This document shows positions 52,738 to 64,000 of a stretch of DNA of 64,000 bases, one piece after another. The stretch comes from Paraspadella gotoi (Eukaryota; Animalia; Chaetognatha): the NCBI GenBank assembly GCA_051294375.1, contig CM119263.1, forward strand, positions 17,880,628-17,944,627, written 5' to 3'. Position numbers and translations under genes: made by a program. The notes under the pieces were generated by a model. That model saw only the letters and a list, made by a program, of their open reading frames with translations. It ran no database searches and was not told where the DNA came from. The stretch's first letter is position 1; each line of letters starts with the position of its first letter.

Positions 52738-52935
52738 TTATTAAGAAACATAAATTTCGGACATGTTTCGTCTTCAATGTAAAAACGAATTGATTTGTAA
52801 AACAAATATTTTTATAGACTTTCTCTCTTCAAACTTTAAAATCAATGAAAATATGTTTCACAAATCAATTCATTTTTACAATGATGAAAGCTTACATTAA
52901 AGCCGAAACATATCCGAAATTTATGTTTCTTAACA
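52738..52935. mobile_element. Inverted pair of degenerate hammerhead-containing repeats
   Basis: Minus copy with ggacatgtttcg at ~52759 and plus copy ATGATGA-AAGCTT..AAGCC-GAAAC-ATATC at 52881-52914. The outer flanks ttaagaaacataaatttcgga / tccgaaatttatgtttcttaa are reverse complements. Confidence 0.6.
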
Positions 52936-55900
52936 AAATCCCGGTCGGCGAATGTAAAAATAAGTCGTTTTTTACATTCTGATTGCTTTAATGTACATAC
53001 TTTAACATACTTGTCTATATTTGTAAGAAGAACCGAAATTTTCAAGTTTCATTTTTGTTCATAAAAATATATCTTATAACAGGAAGCTCCTATTCGAAAG
53101 CCAAAAATTAGTTTTTTTTTAAATTCGACCATGCCATTTATCAGCACATAATAAAGTAAGCAAGCTGGACTACAGGGAGTTGGAAAATAAAAAACAGCGA
53201 TTTTTATATCAGGGTGCAAAATCTGAAGTTGCTATAACAAATTATTTAGCCAGTTTAAAATCCTTGTCAATAAGCATTGTACCATCATTGAATAAGAAGT
53301 TCCTGATCTTTTGATCGGGCGGCCGTCATGTGTTAAAGAGGAATAAACTGTCCGGACTTACTAATATACACAGTATATACTATACACAGTATACACTGTC
53401 TGGGCGTCCACCGGGCTTGAGTCCTGGACTTGCATTCTATCGAACTAAATTTTTCTCAATTGTAACATTTCCTGAAGCGTGTCTCAAAGTCCCTTCACCC
53501 TAGATACTTAAATTATGGCTCATTTTATAGCCTGCTGTCTGGCATTTTTAGATCGATCAATTTTTACGTAATTGTAATAAGTCTTTAGTATTAACTTCCA
53601 GGCCCCAATGAACTAATCATATTTGTCGATCAACTTTTTTTTAACTTTTAATGTTTCACATAGTCACAACCAATCAAAACTTAGTAAAATGTGTTGTATG
53701 CAAAATGTAGCATTTTGCCTGCTCTTCAATGTGGTATAGATCTCATATTCCTTTAATGCTTAGATGCTTAGTAACTTTTCAGAATAGTAATATGATTTTA
53801 TAATTTTTTTAAATGGGTACCATAAAATATTCTAATTTTTATTCTTTAAAACTTGGTACAGGTTTTGTTTTCGTGCATTGAACAACAATAAGACTAATGC
53901 TTAACTTTTTAATACCTTTGATTTACATTTTTTAGCTGTCAGTGGTATTTTGATATTTGAATTAATGATAAAGTTGATGAAGTTTCAAATTGACTTCCTC
54001 TTAATAGACAGTCACGAAATAAAGAAGACTCATTACAAATATGTTGAATTATACATCAGATAAATAATAATATATTTAAATATTTAACATAAATATATTT
54101 TAACAAATAAAATCATAAATAATAGTTATTATAAATGTAAAAAATAAAGATAGTGAAAGAAGTAATTTTGCAACTTTCATAAAATGCCAGACCGAGACCT
54201 TTAAAAACGGACTATTATTAATATTTTAAATTTTACGGTTACATAGATATACTGTCACGAAATGTTACAAACGAGAAAAATATTACTATTTTTCTGTTGC
54301 ACGTTTGAAAGATTATATAATTTTGCGCTGATCTATCTTTTACCAATTTTTGGCAATAGAAATGATCTCAATTATAGACGAAAAAACAACCTCAATATCT
54401 ACCTTGGTGTATAAATTAGTTTTATCAGTCATACTTGACAAGAATCCAAAACGAAAAACCCGCACGGATTATACAATGAAATAAAGTGTTATACTACGTC
54501 TGCGGAATCACAGAAGCGGCAAAGGGAGGTGGGCTTGGTAACGCTGGGTTACATGGAGATCACCTCTTTTTCAAAAAATATAACCCAGAGTTTTACAAAG
54601 CTGGCCCTAAGTGATAGATCATTAAAGCAAATATTTTTTTCGAAAGACGAGAGTTAATGGTTATATTACTTCAGATATTGTTTCGAACAAATTTTATGTA
54701 AAAAAATTTTAAATCGTTCTTTTCGTTTTCTATTACCCTCAAATGTATCAAACTTTTATTTTTCAATGTAATGATTTTTTGGTTGATTCCATTCATGAAA
54801 CAAAACATGACATAAGAATAAAGACTGGCCAAAATTAAAAGCAACAGAGGGAAGAAACTATTTTTCATATGACTACGTTAAAAAAAAAAATCAATGTGAG
54901 AATCCATGGTTCAGAAAAAAACTTAACCGCCCACTAATCGATAACGATTTCCCTTCCTTGAAATGAAATACAAAAAGTATTTTCTTAAGCTTATTATCTA
55001 TGTAAAATACGATTGTGCATTGCCGAAATTTATAGGCCGATAATAGATCAGTCATTTTTAAAAAAATAGGATTGCATAGATAAAACTTAATTTATTACAA
55101 AATAACATTACATTTCCTTTGCTGAAAACGCTTTGCATTAAATTACACCCCAAAAAATTACTGCAATCACATTTTTTTCAGAGGCAACCAAAAATCTCAA
55201 ACAAATTGAAACGTCTACATATAGGGAATTGAAATATAAATGATTTTTACGATTAGCTCTGCATGCCATGCTGAAAAAAGAAAATGTTACCGCTTTCCCA
55301 AAATATTTCACGAATAAAAAAAAATAAATCCTTGACGTCTAATAGTAATACACTATTTACAAAGATATCATATATATTCATTCAAATTTCTACAGTAGCA
55401 CCTGAGAGAAAACCGCAAATCACAAAATTCAGAACATCAAACCACAATGCCATTCATTTAGTTGTCTTTATTTGAAAATTAGCAGCTTTAATATAAAACT
55501 TAACTTATCGAAAGAAAATTAAATAGAGAATTATATTCTTATACCAATGAAATATTAAATCGGGGAAAAGTTTTGTTGATATGATACAAAAAGTTTAAAA
55601 AAAACTATCCTAATAATCGCGATTGGGAATGAAACTCAAACTGTCCAGTTTCAGTGACAAAATTGAATTGTAGACAAAGAATCTTGGTGCGATGAAGTAA
55701 TATGGGTCGAAATATTTTTTAAATTCTGTTAAAATAGAACTATCAAAATATTCATAATGTAGTACGAAAATACACTGAAATAAACCCAAAGAAAAAAATT
55801 ATAATTGCTACAGCTTCATTTTCGAAGAACCAAAAAATCGATCCAAATTAACCCACAGCAATTGTATTGAAAACGATTGAATAAAACTCATAGATCTCAG

Positions 55901-57537
55901 ACTCGACAATGAGGGTGCAAATTTTAAGCGCTTAAAAAAGGACGTGATAGTAAATAAATCGCGTGCCTTCACATTTTTTCCCGCCAAATCGCAAAAGAAT
56001 GTTTTTATTAACAAGTATATACGTAAAATTAGTGTTTATTGAAATGCATTAAATCAATTGTGGCACAACGATCACCTAAATCCTAAATCTTAAATCACAA
56101 AAATATGCATAGAACCAGCTCAGAAACAATAACACTGAAAACCAGTCAAATCACAATCTTTGTTTCCACTCAAAATGCCCATTGAGTCGTTGCAGTCTTC
56201 CCTCCCATTTTTCCCCGATCACATACATGACATCGTTGCCGATAACAATATTGTACAAACTACAGAAAAATGAAATGATTATACAGCGACAAAAATAAAC
56301 AAAGGAAAAAAAACGATTTCTCACAAATTGTTTCCCCCAAAGAAGACATTTCTGCTTTTTTCAAAAAAACTTGTGCTTTAAATTCATACAAGATCTCAGA
56401 AGTTTAAAAAAAATGCTCAGTAATTACAAATTTTAACTGGAGATACAATTTGTGAGATATATTTTTTTTTCATTCGTATTACATTAACGTTATTACATTA
56501 AGTGTTGGGGAAAAAAGCGAACAGAAGCAGCGCGAAAAAGCTGTAAAAGGGGAGCATGGAGACAGGGATGAATATAAAGTCAAGAGAGTGACCCAAAACG
56601 ACAAAATTAAAATTAAATCCAGTGTTCAGTCATCTGAGGTAACTAATTTAAATACGCATTAAATTATGGGAACGATTTTCGCTTCGGGTCACCAAAAATT
56701 GTCCTAAATTGTAACCAAAAAACGATACCTAATAACTATTCTACAAACAAATTCATATTCATGAAGAAATCAAATATTGGGGAAAAAAATCAATAACTAC
56801 AAGGCCGAAGACAACTACATAGAGTGGTTCAAATGTTGGTAACTCATTTATTATTACTCAAAAAAAGTACTTAATGCTAATATGTTACAGTTACGGCTTT
56901 AAAAATAACTGATATTAAATCAAACTATTTCGGATATCCAATTTTTATAATACATTAAAATAAATATTGGCATAATTTTACTTTCGCCGACCGGGGTTAG
57001 GGAGAGTTTAAAGTTAAAAGTGGTTTAAAGTTAATGCTGGTTAAGGTAAAGTAATTAAATAATTTTTTTTAAAACTTTTTAAAAAATTTTAAATTTTTTT
57101 TTTTTAAACGACAAAACCCCGGTCGGCGAAAATACAATTTTACCATAATATTTTTAACATATGCACTGTAGTAACATAATATGGATATCGCCCCGTGGTC
57201 TTCGTAAAAAGGGTGACGGGAGGGCTGAACCACCGATAGAAAGCCTACCGTCTGATCAGAAGTTCCGAAAAGTGTGGCAACGATCGAATAATCCCCGGGC
57301 CCATTGTGCAGGGGCTATCCACATCATCAGGGGGGCATGGCCATCGCCTCTCCCCTCGGTACCTTCAGCAACTTGGTGCAAACGGGCAAATTAATCGACC
57401 GAACGACCAACCGACAAGCAGCCGTAACTAATGAGTACAATTATTACAAAAGAAAAACCGTCTTGGCCAAATTAAGCTGGAAATAGCATCTGACTAAAAC
57501 AATATTACAGTAATTTTTCTTTATGATTTAATTTGCG

Positions 57538-59333
57538 TCAATTCTTTCTAATCAACTGATACGAACTCAAGGGTTTAACGAAGTGGAAGTCCAGAGCGCC
57601 GCAGTGTTGACACTCCACCGGCCTTTTAATAGAATAAAATGACAAAATCAAATAAAAAACAATTTATCAAAAATTTTACACTGTAAATTACAGAAGGTTC
57701 ATATTATAAAATGAGGTCGTGTTTTTTTGTGACAAGAATCTGTTCGGCACAAACTACAGGACCAAATTTAATGAAATTTGGTATGAATACAAATACAAAT
57801 AGAACTATCAAGGCGAATTTCAATATTTGACCCCTGGGGGTTACCCATAGGGGCAAAAGATGGTAAAATATTTTTTTCTAATTTTTAATTTTTTTTTGTT
57901 TTGAACAGTTGTACAGAAGTTTACTCTTCCACAAAAACGTATTTATTACCACAAAAATATTAATTTACCTTAAGTTTCAGCTTCATGAACATCAGCGGTT
58001 CAAGTCAGATTTGGAAAAATTGGTAGAAAAACGATGAACCATGCATCTTCAAACTCCGATTAATTAGCAAAAAAATTATCAATTTTAGTTTAAAAAATAT
58101 TTTTATATGTTTAAGACATCGATGAACCTGATGCTACTAAAATATTATAAAAAAAAAAAAAATTGTTTAGCCTTTTTGGGCCCCCAGGGGTACATCCCCA
58201 GGGCCCTGTATCTCTTGTGTTGAATATCAAAATTCGCTTCGATATTTCCATTTATATGGTCATTTCATTTCATGAAATTCGATCGGGTAGTTTGGTGGGA
58301 ACAGATTCTGGGCACAAAAAATGGGTACCTAATTTTAAAAAATTAAGTGTTATTATATGTTCTTATAATTTGTAGTACTTCACCTGGAATAATCGGAGAA
58401 AAATTGAAGCCTCTTAGCAGCATCGACGAGGGGTTGTCGGCAGGCGTTACACGCTACTCTCGGAGCGCAACAAGGGGCAGCAGCGAAAATGTCGAAGGAG
58501 TACATGGTGCCCAAAACGTGCCATGAGCCGTCCCATCTCCGAAGGCAAAATTTGCACCGTACATCGTTATCGCCCTCGAGGCACGACATACACACGGCTG
58601 CAGAAAAGGACCAAATCGAGTTACAGTATTTTTAAATGTCGAAGCATTCGATAAAATTTTTGTTTTACTTCTTTTTATGCACATCGTATAATATTATACT
58701 ACAAATATTTTTGGGCCTGAAGTCAAAGATATATTTATACACACACCTGAGAGATAATGCGACGTCTTTCCTGGGAAATCGCCGGCAGATCCGCTGCCGT
58801 TTCCACCGCCGCTGTTGCCACCGCCGCTACCGCACTGATGATGGTTGATCGGAACAAACTCTCGTCGGTGCTGCACCGGCGAGAGATAGAATGTCCCATC
58901 GATAAGCGGAAATCGGTCGTAGATGAGGAGGTAGAGGCCGCAGAGACCGCAGGGCACGCGGACGACCTATTCCGCAGAGGCAAGATTAAATTTACAAATA
59001 GTCAAGGTTATAAATTTTAGTAAGTGAATGCGAGAAAAAATTGTTAATACTCCGAAAAACTTTTACCTTTGGTATTGACAAGGAAGCCAAAATCAAATTT
59101 CGCATATCATCGTTCCCTGTGAAAAAATAAAAACATTGTGAGACTAATAAAAGAAATCATATAATAAACAGATATCAGTTGCCGCCCAGTAAATACTGAC
59201 CGTGAGGACCCTCGTCATCAATCTTAACGTGATAAGGATTCCTCTTTTGGTAAGGGAGCGTGTGAAAGACAGAAAGGTCCTTTCGCCTTTGAAACATGTT
59301 TCCCGTCGCCGGACAAATCTTGGGCTCAGGATG
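57538..59333 (-). CDS. HECA: Headcase protein homolog, 3' five exons (5' exons not found in window)
   Basis: Exons 59333-59201, 59116-59067, 58966-58747, 58597-58384, 57622-57538 in phase. Motifs: GNMFQRRKDLS..LP..K.NPYHVKIDDEGPHGNDDMR, YDRFPLIDGTFYLSP, WDGSWHVLGTMYSFDIFAAAPCC, FFSDYS, CQHCGALDFHFVKP. Confidence 0.93.
57735..58320. mobile_element. DINE-1/Helentron-like repeat in the last HECA intron
   Basis: caaatttaatgaaatttggtatg, the palindromic ttgacccctggggg...ggggcaaa and gggcccccagggg..ccccagggccc, and tttcatgaaattcgatc. This layout is typical of such elements. Confidence 0.45.
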
Positions 59334-62300
59334 CTGAAAAAAAAAAATCTTAAAAGAATAAGGATCGTCGCCATCGCATAAGAAAAATCAAATTTGAGAA
59401 AAAAAAAAATTATAAACAGAAAGAAAAAGAAAATAATTTATTTTCGAGTTTAATTTTCAGCAAGTGCTAAGTCTGGAGAAACATTATTGAAGGTACTTTT
59501 GTTTTACTTTTAACCAGCGAGCAGTTTGATCGAATGCGACCTCTGTCAACATTCCCAGACAAAAGTGAAACTTGAATCAGACTGACGAAGTGAAGTAAAG
59601 ACTAAAGTGAAGCAAAATGAAGTAAAGTAAAATAAAATAATAAAGTAAATATATATTGAAAAAAAATATTATTCTGATTGATATTTAAAATATTTACCAA
59701 AAAAAATTTAAGAAAATCTCGGATGTAAAGTTGGCAATAAATAAAAGTTTTTAGAGGGAAAAAATTAATCAGAGAGAGAGAAGCCAAATCGTTTTCAGAC
59801 GAATCAGCAGCGGCAGCGGCAGCAGCAGAGGCACCCAGAAAAAAAAAATCAATAGGCAGCAGCAGAAGCAGCAGGAAAAAAGAGAAAGAAATCAAAAGGC
59901 AGTAGCAGAAGCAGCAGAAGAAAAGAGAAAAAGAATAAGCCCCTGCAGAGCCAGCTGCAGACTCGTTTTTTTTTCCCTATGGCTATGAATAGTGTATCAA
60001 GATGGATTCGGATTTTTAAAAACGTTTACACAAGTGATCACACACATATATACTTTAATTTAAAATACCTTTTATTCGATTTGAAATTCTCAACATGAGA
60101 GGATCCCGGTCGATTTTATCTGGCTCCTAAATTATGCAAATTAGCTTAAGATCGAAGTTGTCAGATAACGATGACGCTCTTTATTCGCGTAATTTTAAAC
60201 GTTTTATTATTGTAATATTATAAATAATTAAATATTAAAGTTTTTAGAATATATGTTTTATAAATATAAATAGTTTATAGTATTTATAACTAATATAAAT
60301 AAGATAAAATGGCATTTAAACGAGAGCTCGAATGCTTTTTCCTACCAAAATGAGGAATTCGAAACAGATTTTTGCATAAAATATAAAAATTAACTATTTT
60401 GCTTGCTTAAAATCCTTATTACATAAAATAAACTTTTATAAATTGTATAATTCGATCGTTTAATTTACCGTTATATGTGCTTTAATAAATAGGTAAATCC
60501 GAGAAAACATGATAACTAAGATAAAAATAACCGGTGGTAAGTCGCCTCACAATAAAAGTAAAATATTAAAATAAAAAATAATAATATTAATATTATCAAA
60601 AATATAATTAAACAATATTAATAATAAGGTAAAATAATAGTATTATAATTATAATAAATTATTTTTTTTCTTTTAAAACAGGAAATTTTACATTTTTAGA
60701 GCACAAGCTTGGAAAGCAGGGCAATTTTAGTGATTAGTCTAATCTTACTCCATGTACTCATAATAACAGACTTTTACATTAAACTGATAATCATAATAAT
60801 TGAAAAATATTTTTCTCTTCAACTAAACAAAAATTTAAAAAAGTCTAAAAATTAAAAGCTAAAAATAGAAATCTACTATGAAATTAAATTCAATAGGGGC
60901 GGGGGTTCAAAACTTTATTCTTGAAGTCTACTTTTAGGTAAAAAAAGAATTTTTTTAAAAAAGTTCGATTTTAATGCTTTTATTGTTGCTATTAAAATTA
61001 CAATATTACTATATAATGATAAAAAAAATTTTTAATCAATCTTAACTTTTTTTGATGGATTCTGATAGAGCATAAAAAGTTAAATAAAAAATTTAACTAC
61101 AACTTTCCAAAATATTTATGTTTTCTTGGTCAAAATTAAGAAAAAAATAATAAAATTATCGAAAAAAATGATGATGATGATGATTATAAATAGTTTTTCA
61201 TATTTTTCACATACTTATGATTAAAATATCGAAAAAAGAATTATACTTTGTGTAGACAACTTTTTGCAAGCTACCTGAATCTGATCTTAAAAATCAAAAA
61301 ATCCAAAAAAAATTTTTAGCCTTTCCTATTTATAAATAAATATTTAAAAATTAATATATTGAGTATGGAGTAATATAAAAAAAATTTGTCTATTCAAATT
61401 TTTTTTAAAAATGTCTAAATTTTCGTTTGAGCAGGTGCTTAATGCAATTTCTTAACCACCTTACTGAGTTAGTCTCCCCCTACTAAAAACTGAAAGTTAA
61501 AAGTCAATCATTCGATAAATTCTCAGTATATACATATAGATAAGTGAAAAGGATCCATTCAGTATCAGAATCAATGATTTAAGTTTATTATGTTTGAATG
61601 ATCGGTAAGAAAATTAAATACTGTCTAATAAACGTTACTAAATTTGAATAGTAAATATTTTGTAACTATTATAAATAAAAGTAGTTTCATTCAAAGTAAA
61701 CAGAGAACACTTGAGAAGGAAACTTAACTTCCAAGATTTTAAAGAATTGCTTTTGTTTATAAGTTTTTTAAATCAAAACTCGTATATGTAAATAGTCCAA
61801 ACGTGTCAATTAATTATAAATTAATCAAAGCTTGTCTGTAAAACATTGATAGATGGCTTTATTAATTCTTCAATCAACAATATTGAAAAATCAATAAACA
61901 AATTTTGATTAAAAACTCAAAAACAATTAATAATATTTTAATTGTTAACAACAACGATGAAAAACTATGAATTAGTCCGAAAATATGCATTTTTTATGTA
62001 AAAAAATTATGTCCTTATTGTTAACCATTAAAAAGTTATTATTTCGTCTATAAATCAGACAACAAAATAGACGAAATAATACAATTACTAAAACTCAAAA
62101 AACATCCGAGATAATTTTTTATAATTGAAAAAAAAGGTTGCCTATGGATGCTCAAACCCTCATACATCCTGAATTATTAAAAATGAAACTATAGTACATA
62201 GGAAAAAGGCTTTTTATAATTATAATATAATAATAGTTTAGAAGAAGGGATAAAATTGTAATCAAATCATATCCGTTTAAAGCATTTATGTTTATGTATA

Positions 62301-63640
62301 AACTTTGTCATGGTTAAAAAAAATATATTTATCTTTTCATAAATATTAATATTATATTTATTATTATTTATCATTTGACTATATAAGATTGGATTTTATA
62401 TTAATTTTTCTTCAAAAATAAGTTCAGACTGAATTTCAGTAAAGCAAAACAAAAAATAGCGATTAATTTCTAAACTGTTTTCCTATAAAAACAGAAAAAA
62501 ACTATTAAAAATTACAACCTGCAGCTACTAAAAACTAATAAAATTATTAAGAATTATGAAATTATTAATAAAACATAGAAAATATCATTAATAAGACCTA
62601 TGTTATTAAAAAAAAAACTAAACTCATCGTCAGATTTCACAGGTAAAAGATGCTCTTTTTATGAAAAATTCGCAAATATCCGCCAGGTTCGGCTAGTATC
62701 TTTTGTTCTTTTTGACCGGCTTGACCGGTCTTTAACATTTAAAAAGATACGAAATGACGTATTCGATCTCGGGATCTCTCATGTTCGATGCATTAAAGTT
62801 AAATAATTTTATTACGAAAATTATTTATTTATTCGTCTGATTAAGTGTGCGAACGTTTTTAATGAACTCGATGTCTGTATATTTCCAACTTTTGGGACTA
62901 CTATGAATCAGTGACTAGGGAAAAGAGAGAGGGAGAGAGACATGTAATTAAAAGAGAAAAGAGAGAGAAAAAAATATAAAAATAAAAAGAGAAAATTTGT
63001 TTGTTTTGATAAACATAAACAAAATATTTAATAACTGTCCAGACTCAATTTTAAGCACATCGATGATGAGAACCTGTATTTAAATTTTCAGCTTCATACA
63101 CCCAAATTTAATCATAAAAAAGGCAATCTATAATTTGGAACGCCGCCGACGACGACACTTATGCGCAAAAGCGTTACAATCTCGACGCAAACGCTAAGCG
63201 ATTGCGACGATAAAAAAGTTAAAGTACTATCTAGGAAAAAAGTATATAACATAATTCATTTATTCAATAAAAAGTATACAAAATATGGGTAAAACATTCT
63301 CAATATTTGGTATGCCCTTCCACTGCCAGCATTTGTCTGGGCATGCTCTCATACAGCAAATTGAGGTATGACAGTAAAATGTTTTTCTACATCTTTAACG
63401 CAATTCTTTTCAGACCCGATGTTGATGATTTTACATGTCCTTCCCTCTTTTCTAAAAGGTATAATAGCACTTTTTTGAACCAAAAAGAGATGCATTGCCA
63501 AATTAAAAAAAATATAAAAAAATAACTATTCGAAAAAAAAAAACATAACTAAATATCAACAAGTTTGGACAAACAATGTCGGATCTGCCTACGATAATTA
63601 AGCGGTAATCAGCTAATCAGATGATAAATCAATATCAATA

Positions 63641-63880
63641 AGCTTCGTCACACACTTTCCTACCCACACACAAAATTTCAACTCAATCTATCCATTTAAT
63701 TATGATTAATAATAATTGGTTAAATAAATAATTATTGGTTAAAATAAGTAAAAAGATTTTAGTAAATGTGACTTATGTTTTTTCCATTTAAACTAATTTT
63801 CACTCGCACGATTCCATCGAAACTTTATATCCAGCTTCATCACACACTTTCCTACCCACACACAAAATTTAATTCCAATC
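63641..63880 (+). repeat. ~38-bp direct repeat agcttc.tcacacactttcctacccacacacaaaattt (twice) inside a Helentron-associated-like element
   Basis: At about 63641-63678 and 63833-63870. Confidence 0.8.
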
Positions 63881-64000
63881 TAACCACCTAATCACAAGTT
63901 ATTGGAGCTTTTTGCTAAGGTGGTACGGACGGACAGACAGACATTTTTTTGCATAATTTATCTGTCCGTATTTCAAAATAAATTCGTTGTACCACATTCA

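Noticed and set aside
57228-57275. ctgatcag...gaaa hammerhead-like string, and ccggtagcaagccc twister-like string at ~49227
   Set aside because: The core is CTGATCA with no NUH site or stem III, and the other twister elements are missing.

Overview
AT-rich animal (invertebrate-type) genomic DNA with short spliceosomal introns, many microsatellites and nine N-gaps. I reconstructed exons by hand from splice signals and reading phase. (1) A complete 9-exon GPR156-like class C GPCR on the minus strand (33819-30029, about 926 aa) with no Venus-flytrap domain, a post-TM7 coiled coil and a C-terminal PDZ-type motif DTYV. (2) A complete 20/21-exon cytosolic phospholipase A2 on the plus strand (40789-51529) with a GC-AG intron, a candidate 27-nt microexon next to the MAPK site and two large low-complexity additions. 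(3) The 3' five exons of headcase/HECA on the minus strand (59333-57538). (4) The 5' exons of an unidentified His/Pro/Ser-rich gene. (5) A candidate 78-aa single-pass microprotein. The region 10942-31900 is three copies (direct, direct, inverted) of one ~6.5-kb block, and 1440-5900 is three copies of a ~1.7-kb block. Both differ mainly by 1-bp indels and sit at 25-N gaps, so they are probably assembly artefacts. Non-coding DNA carries a dispersed family of minimal hammerhead-ribozyme motifs (Penelope/retrozyme type), tRNA-derived SINE-like elements, several MITE and Helentron-associated-like elements, and a TGT...ACA MITE with a 4-bp TSD. No database searches were possible, so family calls rest on recognised motifs.
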